Origin: Thermodesulfovibrionales bacterium
Lineage (GTDB): Bacteria > Nitrospirota > Thermodesulfovibrionia > Thermodesulfovibrionales > UBA6898
Direction of reading: 5' to 3'
NCBI GenBank assembly: GCA_044450345.1
Contig: JBIOIY010000016.1
Coordinates: 1-45,655, forward strand
DNA length: 45,655 nucleotides
How positions within the stretch are numbered: position 1 is the stretch's first letter; each line of letters begins with the position of its first letter. This document shows positions 1 through 8,829 of the stretch, in pieces. Below the pieces are notes generated by a model. The model made no database searches and was not told where the DNA came from. It saw only the letters and a program-made list of their open reading frames with translations. The position numbers were made by a program, and so were the translations under genes.

Positions 1-1
1 A

Positions 2-121
2 ATTTTACAAATTCTGAGCGTCTCGGTTTTCGAAAGAACATCGCTATTACAGTTCCTTACAGAAACCAGCATAGTACTGGAAATGAACGATTCCGAAAAC
101 CAGTTGAATTTATTCACTTAA
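2..121 (+). mobile_element. C-terminal end of an IS4-family transposase (runs off the window start)
   Basis: Frame 2 reads ILQILSVSVFERTSLLQFLTETSIVLEMNDSENQLNLFT* (TAA 119-121). This matches the typical IS4 DDE transposase C-terminus (ILQILSxxxFE...NQLNLF). Not in the ORF track. Confidence 0.75.
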
Positions 122-137
122 CTGTCGGACGCTTGTG
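122..137 (+). repeat. Probable right terminal inverted repeat of the IS4 element
   Basis: ctgtcggacgcttgtg immediately follows the transposase stop and resembles IS4 right ends (..CGGACAnTAGTG). The partner IR is outside the window. Confidence 0.5.
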
Positions 138-152
138 ATCTAGCAAATAATT

Positions 153-581
153 CTATTTAGTACAGTCTCCGATCCGCTTGCCGCTCATCTTCTGGGACAT
201 ATGCTGTTTGCCTTCCTTGCCGCTCATGTCCATTTCGACGGCGCCGTCAAAGCTAGCGCCTTTGTAAGTGATCCTGCCGCTGCTGTCTATGGTATTACCT
301 TTTTTGTCGCGGCACTGCATGACCCAGGTCACGGTGCTGCCCTCGATTTTATTGCTGATCATTTTGCAGTCCTGGTTCTTTTCAGACTTCTGTGGGACCG
401 CATCTTTATGGTTAAGACACGTGGTTGTCTTGACAGCAGGCATCTCCATAGGCATTCCCTTCATCTCAACCTTAGAAGTGATCTCCCATTTCCCTTCCTG
501 CATGTTCGGCTCCGCAAAGGCTGCCGCAGTCCATAAGATTATCGTTGCAAGTACAAATACCAGACCGGATGTTTTCTTCAT
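153..581 (-). CDS. DUF3617-like exported protein
   Basis: Signal peptide ending AFA; GKWEIT motif; four Cys including C-terminal GKRIGDC; SD gaggagg upstream. Confidence 0.75.
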   Translation of the reverse strand: MKKTSGLVFVLATIILWTAAAFAEPNMQEGKWEITSKVEMKGMPMEMPAVKTTTCLNHKDAVPQKSEKNQDCKMISNKIEGSTVTWVMQCRDKKGNTIDSSGRITYKGASFDGAVEMDMSGKEGKQHMSQKMSGKRIGDCTK

Positions 582-817
582 TTATGAAACCTCCTCTTTT
601 TTTTGATAGTAAGCCGGCTGCGCAAAAGACACCGGATTATATCACATCTATTTCAGCCTGTTCAATGAAGACGCCGGCCCCGAATCCTTCATCGATTATG
701 TGCGAAGGGCATTTGAGCGGCTTCCGACGACGAATGGATAAAGGAGGTGCATTGCGTTTATAATGTTGCTGTATTTCAAATATCTGAGGACATGAATAAA
801 ATGATCAGGAGGCGGCA

Positions 818-1714
818 GTGGCATTAATCGCCGGACCGGCACGAAACAGACTCTTTATTGTTATGCTTATGTTAACGATAATCACGGCTTCCTGCGCCCC
901 GAAAGAAGTGCAGCCCCCCCAAAAGCCGGCAAGGGTGGCGGTAGTACTCGGCGCCGGCGCGGCAAGGGGGTTTGCCCATATAGGGGTCCTGAAGGTTCTT
1001 GAAACAAATAAAGTCCCTATCCATATGGTAGTCGGCACGAGTGCGGGCAGTTTTGTAGGGGGCCTTTATGCGTATGGCTATAACGCTTTTCAGCTCCAGA
1101 AGATCGCCCTTTCGATAGAGAAGGGCGATATCGCCGACATCTCGATCCCGGACAACGGGTTCATCAAGGGGGACAAGCTGGAAGAGTATGTAAATAACAT
1201 GGTAAAGAACACCCCAATAGAGAAGCTGAGGATACCTTTCTATGCGGTCGCGACAAGCGTCCCGAACGGCGAGGAGGTCGTCTTCGGCAAGGGCAATACC
1301 GGCATCGCCGTCCGTGCGAGCTGTTCAATACCGGGGGTATTCAGACCCGCCAGAATCGGCGATAAAATGTATATAGACGGCGGCGTAGTAAGCCCTGTGG
1401 CGGTCGATGCCGCTAGGAGATACGGCGCTGATATCGTTATTGCGGTAGATATATCGGCGGACCGCGATACCAGACAGCCCGAGGGGACAATCGACACGAT
1501 ACTTCAGGCGATTAATATCATGTATTCGAAGCTTGCAGCCGGCCAGATTTCAAGGGCCGACATCGTAATAAGGCCGAAGGTCGGCCATATCGGCTCAGGT
1601 GACTTCGATAGGAGACATGAAGCCGTCCTTGAAGGAGAAAAAGCGGCATATGAGACGATGGGAAACATAAAGGCTCTTATTGAAAAGCTTCGACGGGAGG
1701 GACGACTCCAGTAA
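818..1714 (+). CDS. Patatin-like phospholipase family lipoprotein
   Basis: GAGAARG glycine loop, GTSAG nucleophile elbow, DGG motif; lipobox-like TASC; SD ggagg before the GTG start. Confidence 0.9.
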   Translation: MALIAGPARNRLFIVMLMLTIITASCAPKEVQPPQKPARVAVVLGAGAARGFAHIGVLKVLETNKVPIHMVVGTSAGSFVGGLYAYGYNAFQLQKIALSIEKGDIADISIPDNGFIKGDKLEEYVNNMVKNTPIEKLRIPFYAVATSVPNGEEVVFGKGNTGIAVRASCSIPGVFRPARIGDKMYIDGGVVSPVAVDAARRYGADIVIAVDISADRDTRQPEGTIDTILQAINIMYSKLAAGQISRADIVIRPKVGHIGSGDFDRRHEAVLEGEKAAYETMGNIKALIEKLRREGRLQ

Positions 1715-1809
1715 GATCGCCTTTCCACCCGAAGACAAAAGATTCCGGCGTCAGTGTATAATGCCCTCGCTGAATGCCGCACCTTTTGATTGCCGGAAGC
1801 ATATTCGTG

Positions 1810-1944
1810 CTATTTGCCGGAAGACCTTTCGATCGCCTTCCCTCCGGATTCTATGTCTTTTCCTACGCCTTTTACAGTGTTGCAGCCGGCAAGGACTGTC
1901 GCTAACAAGGCAGCCAAGAAGGCCAAGGCAATTCTTCTTATCAT
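1810..1944 (-). CDS. Entericidin A/B family lipoprotein (44 aa; missed by the ORF track)
   Basis: Translates MIRRIALAFLAALLATVLAGCNTVKGVGKDIESGGKAIERSSGK*; lipobox LAGC plus the CNTxxGxGKDI entericidin signature; SD aaggagg 6 nt upstream. Confidence 0.9.
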   Translation of the reverse strand: MIRRIALAFLAALLATVLAGCNTVKGVGKDIESGGKAIERSSGK

Positions 1945-2131
1945 GGCATTCCTCCTTAAATATCTTTATTGACGATATATTATATATTAACACCTCGTTG
2001 AATAAACTTTGGCTGCACCGTTGAAGACGCCCCCGCTTGCGTAAATAATCCGGTCTAATCCACGGGTTCCAGGCATTTTTTTATCCGCACCTCAGGAATT
2101 CGCAGCCGTATCTGAATAATGCCGGAGCTTC

Positions 2132-2189
2132 GTAAGACATTTCCCCTATGTGATATAGGAAGTATTACCGATTGTATTCACCTTCCTAT
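2132..2189. promoter_or_regulatory. Possible response-regulator (NarL/LuxR-like) binding boxes upstream of the cytochrome operon
   Basis: Inverted repeat ATAGGAAG (2155-2162) / CTTCCTAT (2182-2189), plus a related ttcccctat box at 2141-2149. Regulator family is a guess. Confidence 0.3.
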
Positions 2190-2212
2190 CCTGATATCGT
2201 TTAAAGAAGAAA

Positions 2213-2296
2213 GGCTGCCGGCATGTTTACAGCGTGTGAACGTGCCTTTATAAAAAGGATTCCTTTGAGTGATTGAGGACCCTTTTGGGCAATGCC
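2213..2296 (+). ncRNA. Candidate structured 5' leader (three-way junction) of the cytochrome operon
   Basis: 11-bp hairpin GGCATGTTTAC/GTGAACGTGCC (2220-2246, two G-U pairs); second hairpin AAAAGG..TCCTT/GAGGA..CCTTTT (2253-2286); closing helix GGCTGCC/GGCAATGCC. Confidence 0.35.
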
Positions 2297-2369
2297 GCTA
2301 TATATAGGGAAAGGAGGTAAAGCATTTTTTGTTGTTTCAAAAAAATCTTAAGAAAAGGAGGTAAAAAAG

Positions 2370-4133
2370 ATGTCTGAAGAAAAAGCTGAAAAGATATCAG
2401 GAAAAGGCACGCTCGGCCTTGTCATATTCGGCCCGATACTGGGCATGCTGTATGTATGTCTGCTGCCGCTCATCGCGCTCATGACCCTTCTCCTTGCATT
2501 GCCGGAACTCGCATCTGCGAAAAAGACCGACATTCTGGAGAATTCCAGCATGTGCATGGGCTGCCATTCTTCCCCGGACTTCACAAAGACGTTCAAGAGC
2601 AAAGAAAAAATGTCCGTATTTGTGAATGAGAAGGACTTCAAGAGCACGGTCCACCGGTTCCTCAGTTGCACAGACTGTCATCAGAGCATATCGCTGGACA
2701 ATCATCCGGGCAGTGCGGACGCGTATGACAGCAAAAACGCCTTTGTTCTCGCGGTCGCATCAGCGTGCAGGAATTGCCACTCCGAAGCTCAGCTTAAGGC
2801 AAAGCCCAACCACGGCTTCATCGCAAACAAAACAAATGCCCCTCCATGCACGGTGTGCCACGGGGCCCACACGGTGAAACGTATTTCGGAATGGAAACCC
2901 ACCTTAAGCAGCAACAATCAGTATTGTCTAACCTGTCACAGTCAGAAACTCAGCAAGCAACAAAAGAATGGGGAGACGTTATCTCTGTCTATCGATTCCT
3001 CCCTGCTGGCTGCATCAGTCCATTACAGACATGACTGTTCGGACTGTCATGTGGAGTACTCGAAGACGGCGCACCCGATCAAGCAGTTCGATAGCAACAG
3101 GAAACATTCTATTGCCGTATCCGCGGCCTGCAAAAAATGTCATGCGGACAAGCACAAGGCCGTAAGCGAGAGCATCCATGCAAAGATGATAAGTGAGGGC
3201 AATCTAAAGGCCCCGGTATGCACTGACTGCCACGGTTTTCATACGGTGGGGCCCAGGGCAACGTACGAAACCATGAGCGGCGTCCCCTGCAGGAAGTGTC
3301 ATGAGGACATATTTAAGATCTACTCGAAAAGCGTCCACGGCATGGCAAGGACAAAAGGCACGCACAATGCGCCTCTCTGCTCTTCCTGCCATTTCGCCCA
3401 CGAGGTGAAGGTCACATCGATGACCGAAAAGATAAAGGGCGCGTGCCTCGGATGCCACAAGGATGCGGAAGCCAAACATACAAAGTGGCTGCCGAACGCC
3501 TCCCTGCATCTGAGCGCAATCTCCTGCGCGGCATGTCACTCTCCGGGTTCGGGTAAGGGCATTTATCTGAGGCTCTATGACCAGGAGACGGGCAAGCCCT
3601 TTACCGAGGAACAGATGCTGAAGATTCTGGGGACAACGTATGAGGGCCTGTCTCAGAAAATCGATCCCCATGGAGACGGCATCGAGTCCGCCGAGCTCTG
3701 GAGCCTCGTCAATAAGATGAATGAAAAAGGTACGAACGCAAAAGTGACTTTTATAGGGAGGATGGACGTGAGCACCGGCTCCGAGGCACACCAGCTCTCC
3801 TTCAAGAAAAACGCTGTCAAGGAGTGTGAAAACTGCCACAGCCAGGAGTCCGACTTTTTCAAGAACGTTACGGTGGCGGTTGTGAAGGCCGACGGCAGGA
3901 TCACGCGCCACAAGGCAAAACCTGAGGTGCTCGGGTCGATGTTCTCGCTCCTGTCGCTGAAACAGTTCTATGTCCTGGGGAGCACCCGTCTCAAGGGACT
4001 CGATTGGCTCGGGATATTGATGGTCTTTGGCGGCATGTCCTTCCCTCTTGCACATATCACGCTGCGGGTATTGACATTGCCTATCCGTGAGGCCAAGAGG
4101 CTGAACAAAATGAGGAAGGAGGACAAGAGATGA
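2370..4133 (+). CDS. Membrane-anchored multiheme cytochrome c (13 CxxCH motifs)
   Basis: CMGCH, CTDCH, CRNCH, CTVCH, CLTCH, CSDCH, CKKCH, CTDCH, CRKCH, CSSCH, CLGCH, CAACH, CENCH; hydrophobic N-terminus; C-terminal TM helix containing His; strong SD. Confidence 0.93.
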   Translation: MSEEKAEKISGKGTLGLVIFGPILGMLYVCLLPLIALMTLLLALPELASAKKTDILENSSMCMGCHSSPDFTKTFKSKEKMSVFVNEKDFKSTVHRFLSCTDCHQSISLDNHPGSADAYDSKNAFVLAVASACRNCHSEAQLKAKPNHGFIANKTNAPPCTVCHGAHTVKRISEWKPTLSSNNQYCLTCHSQKLSKQQKNGETLSLSIDSSLLAASVHYRHDCSDCHVEYSKTAHPIKQFDSNRKHSIAVSAACKKCHADKHKAVSESIHAKMISEGNLKAPVCTDCHGFHTVGPRATYETMSGVPCRKCHEDIFKIYSKSVHGMARTKGTHNAPLCSSCHFAHEVKVTSMTEKIKGACLGCHKDAEAKHTKWLPNASLHLSAISCAACHSPGSGKGIYLRLYDQETGKPFTEEQMLKILGTTYEGLSQKIDPHGDGIESAELWSLVNKMNEKGTNAKVTFIGRMDVSTGSEAHQLSFKKNAVKECENCHSQESDFFKNVTVAVVKADGRITRHKAKPEVLGSMFSLLSLKQFYVLGSTRLKGLDWLGILMVFGGMSFPLAHITLRVLTLPIREAKRLNKMRKEDKR

Positions 4134-4762
4134 AAAAGATATATCTTCATCCGCTGCCGATAAGGATCTGGCACTGGATCAATGCAGTCAGTTTCATAGT
4201 CTTGATCGTCACCGGCCTCCAGATCCGCTACCGTGAATTGATGGGGCTGATGAAATTCAAGGAGGCCGTTGATATACACAACTTCCTCGGCTTCGTGCTC
4301 ATCTTCAACTTCTTTATCTGGCTCGTGTATTACATCGTGACGGGCAAGATAAAAATTTATATCCCTCCGCTCAATTTGAAGAAGTTCGTTATGGGAGGCC
4401 TGAAACAGGCCAAATACTATGGGTACGGGATCCTGATTGGGGAACCAAACCCCCATCACAGCACACCCGACAACAAGTTCAACCCTATGCAGCAGATGGC
4501 GTATCTCGCCATCATGATGCTGCTGATACCTCTTCAGCTGGGGTCAGGCCTGCTGCTCTGGGACGCGAAGAGGTTCGCGGACTGGATCAACCTCGCCGGA
4601 GGAATAAAGATAGTTGATACGGTCCATGTATTCCTATTCCTTTTCTTCACCTCATTCCTCTTCGTGCACGTCTACCTCGCCACGCTGGGACATACAGCCA
4701 CGGCACACATAAAGGCGATGTTCACCGGGTATGAAGAACTGGAGGAGGAACACAGCCACTGA
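4130..4762 (+). CDS. Cytochrome b (Ni/Fe-hydrogenase b / cytochrome b561-like; CbcB-like quinone oxidoreductase subunit)
   Basis: HPLPIRIWHWINA, DIHNFLG, KFNPMQQMAY, VHVFL..VHVYL: four TM helices with heme-ligating His. Overlaps the cytochrome c stop (ATGA coupling). Confidence 0.9.
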   Translation: MKKIYLHPLPIRIWHWINAVSFIVLIVTGLQIRYRELMGLMKFKEAVDIHNFLGFVLIFNFFIWLVYYIVTGKIKIYIPPLNLKKFVMGGLKQAKYYGYGILIGEPNPHHSTPDNKFNPMQQMAYLAIMMLLIPLQLGSGLLLWDAKRFADWINLAGGIKIVDTVHVFLFLFFTSFLFVHVYLATLGHTATAHIKAMFTGYEELEEEHSH

Positions 4763-4781
4763 TAATCCCTTTTCTCAGGGA

Positions 4782-4825
4782 GAAGGCAGGGGCGGACGAC
4801 AAGGGTCCGCCCCTGCTTCATTTTT
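4782..4825 (+). terminator. Rho-independent terminator (REP-like hairpin) after cytochrome b
   Basis: GCAGGGGCGGAC-7nt-GTCCGCCCCTGC perfect 12-bp stem followed by ttcattttt. Confidence 0.75.
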
Positions 4826-4954
4826 GAACTATACCCCCGTTCCACGGCCGGTCGATCAATTTTAAATGCCGCACCTCCTTCACAGTGGTTTTGTCTGTTG
4901 AAAAAACAGATATTTATCACTAAACTGTAGGTATTACTCTTTAATGGAGGAGAT

Positions 4955-6142
4955 ATGAAACGCATATCATTAGTTATCGCTGCAGTATTTTTTTTAGGTC
5001 TTTTGGCGCCCATGGCGTTCGCAGATGATTTTACGCTGATCATCCCGCTACCCCTTACCGGCAAACAGGCGAAGTTCGGAGAAATGATGAAACGGTCCTA
5101 TGAGATGGCTGCAGGAGAGATCAACGCAAAGGGCGGGATAAAAAAGAAGTCGCTCCTTCTCTCCTTTGAGGATTCCGGGGCAAAACCCGAAACCGCGAGG
5201 GGGATTGTGGAAAAGCTGATCGATGTAAAAAAACAGCCCATAATCGTCGGGGAATACACCTCTGCATGTGCAAAGGCGGTGGCCGCAGTGGCAGAGGAAC
5301 GGAAGACTCCCTACCTTGTGGTAGCCAGCGCCGACGACGATATCACCAAACAGAATTATAAATATGTCTTCCGCCAAAATGCGGTAAACGCGCATTATAG
5401 CGACGGCTTGGTTGATTTTCTAAAACAAGTGGTCAAACCAAAGACGATGGCAATACTTTACGAAAGCTCGGCATTCGGCACTTCGGGCGCGGAAGCAATG
5501 CTGAAAGATGCACAGAAACTCGGCATCAAGGTCTTGATGAAAGAAAAATATGAGGCCGGTTCTGTTGACTTCAAGCCGCTCCTTTCCAAGGTAAAGGCTG
5601 CCCAGCCCGACGTTTTGTACATGGTCTCGTATGTCATGGATGCGTCCCTGCTGATGAAGCAGATAAAGGAACTGAGACTCGACGCCAAGCTCTTTGCGGG
5701 CGGAGCAGCAGGGTTTGCCATACCCGAGTTCATCGACAATGCAAAAGATGCTGCAGAATACGTCGTCAGCGCAACCCTCTGGACACCCCAGGTGAAGTAT
5801 GCCGGTGCGAAGGAATATGCGGAAAAATACAAGAAGAAATATGGCGACTATCCTTCTTACCATGGCGCATCGGCCTACTCGGCGATGTACGTGCTGAAGG
5901 ACGCTCTTGAAAGGGCAAAGGGCTGGACTCCCGACAAGATCAGGGACGCTTTGAAGGCCACGAATATAAAGACAGCCTTCGGTCCCGTAAAATTTGAGGA
6001 CAGGGAAGGCTACCAGAACCAGAACTTTATGGACACCATCGTCATACAGGTCATGAAGGGCGAGTTCGAAACCATATGGCCCCAGCTGTACGCCAATAAA
6101 AAGTACATTTACCCGATCCCCTCATGGAGAGAGAGAAGATAA
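4955..6142 (+). CDS. livK: Branched-chain amino acid ABC transporter substrate-binding protein
   Basis: Signal peptide; PLPLTG..AKFG..EINAKGGI..D, a Peripla_BP_6-type pattern; first gene of a liv-type operon. Substrate unverified. Confidence 0.85.
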   Translation: MKRISLVIAAVFFLGLLAPMAFADDFTLIIPLPLTGKQAKFGEMMKRSYEMAAGEINAKGGIKKKSLLLSFEDSGAKPETARGIVEKLIDVKKQPIIVGEYTSACAKAVAAVAEERKTPYLVVASADDDITKQNYKYVFRQNAVNAHYSDGLVDFLKQVVKPKTMAILYESSAFGTSGAEAMLKDAQKLGIKVLMKEKYEAGSVDFKPLLSKVKAAQPDVLYMVSYVMDASLLMKQIKELRLDAKLFAGGAAGFAIPEFIDNAKDAAEYVVSATLWTPQVKYAGAKEYAEKYKKKYGDYPSYHGASAYSAMYVLKDALERAKGWTPDKIRDALKATNIKTAFGPVKFEDREGYQNQNFMDTIVIQVMKGEFETIWPQLYANKKYIYPIPSWRERR

Positions 6143-6171
6143 AATAAAAAATTTAGATGTCTTACCACAGC

Positions 6172-6221
6172 CCCCTCCCGCAGGGAGCGGCATATATGCA
6201 GACCGCTCATCCGTGGGGCGC
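6172..6221. repeat. Degenerate REP-like hairpin between the binding protein and permease genes
   Basis: GCCCC...GAGCGG-catatatgcaga-CCGCTC...GGGGC nested inverted repeats; a typical site for mRNA-stabilising hairpins. Confidence 0.4.
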
Positions 6222-6242
6222 AAGGATTAAGGCGAGGCAGCG

Positions 6243-7172
6243 TTGACACCTGCGCAGATAGAAGTTTTACTGCAGACCCTGATAGCGGGCCTTCTTCTTG
6301 GCGGTCTTTATGCGCTCATCGGCATAGGTATGACCCTCATTATGGGTGTCATGAAGATCATTAATCTGGCCCACGGCGAGCTGATGATGGTCGCCATGTA
6401 CATCGCGTATGCGCTTTTTTCTTTTTTCCATATCGACCCTTATTTCTCGGTCTTCATCGCGGCGCCGCTTTTATTTCTGCTCGGCGTCGCGATCCAGAAG
6501 TACCTCATAAATCCGGTGCTCAAGGTGGACTCGATCCTTCCGGAGAACCAGGTTATCCTGACGGTGGGAGTGGCTATGGTGCTGGCCAACCTGGCGACCA
6601 TTGTCTTTCAGTCGGACTATCGGTCGACGCCGGTAGATTATGCTACAAAGGCATGGTACCTCTCGGACTTCTGGAAATCCTCCCCCATTGAGCTTTCCCT
6701 TTCCCTCCCCTGGTCAGTATCGTTCCTGATCGCAGTCTTGATTACCGTCTGCCTGTGGTTCTTCCTCACGAAGACCGATGTCGGGAAATCCATAAGGGCG
6801 ACCGCCCAGGACAGCGATGCCGCTCTCCTCATGGGTGTAAATGTGGAAAGGATGAGGGTGATCACTTTTGGGCTGGGTTCGGGCCTGGTGGGCGCCGCAG
6901 GCTGCCTGTTCATCCCCATTTATTACCTGTATCCCGATCTGGGAGGCCAGTTCACACTTATAGCCTTTGTCATCACGATCCTGGGCGGGCTCGGATCCAC
7001 AGTCGGCGCCATCATAGGAGGGATCATCCTCGGAATATTTGAATCCCTGACAGCCACCTACATCGGCATGGGATGGGCGCCGGTCGGCAGGTTCGTCATA
7101 TTTGTCGCAGCCCTCGTATTCCTGCCAGGAGGCATCGCATCGCTCCTCAGAAAGAAGAGGTTCGGCAGATGA
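6243..7172 (+). CDS. livH: Branched-chain amino acid ABC transporter permease
   Basis: GGLYALIGIGMTLIMGVMKIINLAHGE; GKSIRATAQD..AALLMGVN. Confidence 0.9.
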   Translation: MTPAQIEVLLQTLIAGLLLGGLYALIGIGMTLIMGVMKIINLAHGELMMVAMYIAYALFSFFHIDPYFSVFIAAPLLFLLGVAIQKYLINPVLKVDSILPENQVILTVGVAMVLANLATIVFQSDYRSTPVDYATKAWYLSDFWKSSPIELSLSLPWSVSFLIAVLITVCLWFFLTKTDVGKSIRATAQDSDAALLMGVNVERMRVITFGLGSGLVGAAGCLFIPIYYLYPDLGGQFTLIAFVITILGGLGSTVGAIIGGIILGIFESLTATYIGMGWAPVGRFVIFVAALVFLPGGIASLLRKKRFGR

Positions 7173-8107
7173 GGAGGTATCTGCCGCTTATTCTACTCCT
7201 GCTGCTTTCCTTGATACCCCTTGTCGGGTTCAGCACTTATACTATGCATATATTCATACTCGTCATCATGTGGTCGGTCATCGGTATGGCCTGGAACCTC
7301 CTCGGCGGGTACTGCGGCCAGGTATCGTTCGGTCATGCGGCCTTTTTCGGCGTCGGCGCCTACTCGGCGGGCATTATTTATTACAAACTCGGAATATCCG
7401 CATGGTGGGGTTTGCCGTTAAGCATTGTCGTGGCAACCGCCTTCGCACTCGTCATCGGTTTTATCTGCCTTAGGCTCCGCGGACCTTTTTTTGCACTCGC
7501 AACTCTGGCGATAGGGGTCATACTCAGGGTGACTGCGGAAAACCTTACCGGCCTCACCCAAGGCGACCTCGGGATCATGATAAGGGAGAGGACATGGGTA
7601 GGAAAGACATGGTATTACTACATAATCCTGCTTGTCGCGGCCCTCACGTTCTTTATCGTCAGGAAGGTGATGGAGTCGAAGCTTGGTTATTATTTTGTCG
7701 CAATAAGAGAAGACCAGGATGCTGCTGAATCTCTCGGCATAGACACGACCCTTTATAAAACAATAGCACTATGTCTCAGCGGTATGTTTACCGGAGGAGC
7801 CGGCGCCTTTTATATGAATTATATGGGATATATCGATCCAAAGGTCGTCTTCGCCCTGCACGATATCTCGATCGTTGCGATCATGGTCGTCATGATTGGA
7901 GGCGTTGCGACATATTGGGGGCCCATTATCGGTTCGATAATCATGGTCTTCCTAGCCGAGCTTATACGCTCTATACCGCACCTGGGCGTTGCCTACCAGA
8001 GCATGTTCGGGACACTTCTCATCGTTATTATCATATTTCTTCCAAACGGCATAATAGGAGATCTCCCCAAACTCAGGAAACTCTTTAGGCGGCGGGGGAG
8101 CGAATAA
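7169..8107 (+). CDS. livM: Branched-chain amino acid ABC transporter permease (start moved to ATG 7169)
   Basis: WNLLGGYCGQVSFGHAAFFGVGAY; AIREDQDAAESLGID; ATGA overlap with the livH stop. Confidence 0.9.
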   Translation: MRRYLPLILLLLLSLIPLVGFSTYTMHIFILVIMWSVIGMAWNLLGGYCGQVSFGHAAFFGVGAYSAGIIYYKLGISAWWGLPLSIVVATAFALVIGFICLRLRGPFFALATLAIGVILRVTAENLTGLTQGDLGIMIRERTWVGKTWYYYIILLVAALTFFIVRKVMESKLGYYFVAIREDQDAAESLGIDTTLYKTIALCLSGMFTGGAGAFYMNYMGYIDPKVVFALHDISIVAIMVVMIGGVATYWGPIIGSIIMVFLAELIRSIPHLGVAYQSMFGTLLIVIIIFLPNGIIGDLPKLRKLFRRRGSE

Positions 8108-8829
8108 TGCGCCTCCTTTCGGTCAAAAATGTCTCACGGTTCTTCGGCGGACTCGCGGCGCTTACCGACGTTTCGTTCGACGTTCAAAAAGGGGAGATAC
8201 TGGGGCTTATCGGGCCGAACGGGGCAGGGAAGACCACGCTTTTTAACGTGATAAACGGTTTTCACAGGCCGTCGGCGGGAGAGGTTTTTTTTAATGACAA
8301 GAACATTTCTCGCCTCAAGCCGAACAGGATATGCATGATCGGGATCGCCAGGACCTTCCAGGTGGTAAAGCCGCTTCGGAGGATGACGGTCCTCGACAAT
8401 GTGATCGCATCGTCGTTCTTACGGGCAAAGACAAAGGCAGAGGCCGAAAGGGCCGCCCTTGAAGTACTCGAATTCACGGGCCTGCACGATGAGAGGAACC
8501 TGTTGTCAAAGGGTCTGCCGCTCGGGAAGAGAAAACGGCTCGAGATCGCGCGGGCACTCGCCACAGGGCCTGAGATGCTCTTGCTCGATGAGTCTTTTGC
8601 GGGACTTAATCCATCAGAACTTAACGAATCAATAGAGATCGTCGGAAAGATAAAAAAACGGGGGATCACGATGATGGTCATAGAGCACCACATGAGGGTA
8701 ATCATGTCGATATCGGACAGAATAGTGGTGCTGAATTACGGTGAGAAGATAGCGGAGGGTTCGCCTCGGGAAATAGGCAATGACCCCCTAGTCATCACCG
8801 CTTATCTGGGAGAGGCGGAGCGTGCTTGA
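8107..8829 (+). CDS. livG: ABC transporter ATP-binding protein
   Basis: GPNGAGKTT Walker A, ARTFQ, LLLDE, IEHHM, C-terminal AYLG. Confidence 0.92.
   Translation: MRLLSVKNVSRFFGGLAALTDVSFDVQKGEILGLIGPNGAGKTTLFNVINGFHRPSAGEVFFNDKNISRLKPNRICMIGIARTFQVVKPLRRMTVLDNVIASSFLRAKTKAEAERAALEVLEFTGLHDERNLLSKGLPLGKRKRLEIARALATGPEMLLLDESFAGLNPSELNESIEIVGKIKKRGITMMVIEHHMRVIMSISDRIVVLNYGEKIAEGSPREIGNDPLVITAYLGEAERA

Noticed and set aside
1751..1993. 80-aa minus-strand and overlapping plus-strand ORFs in the track
   Set aside because: These are shadows of the 44-aa entericidin gene, which has the SD and the family motif.
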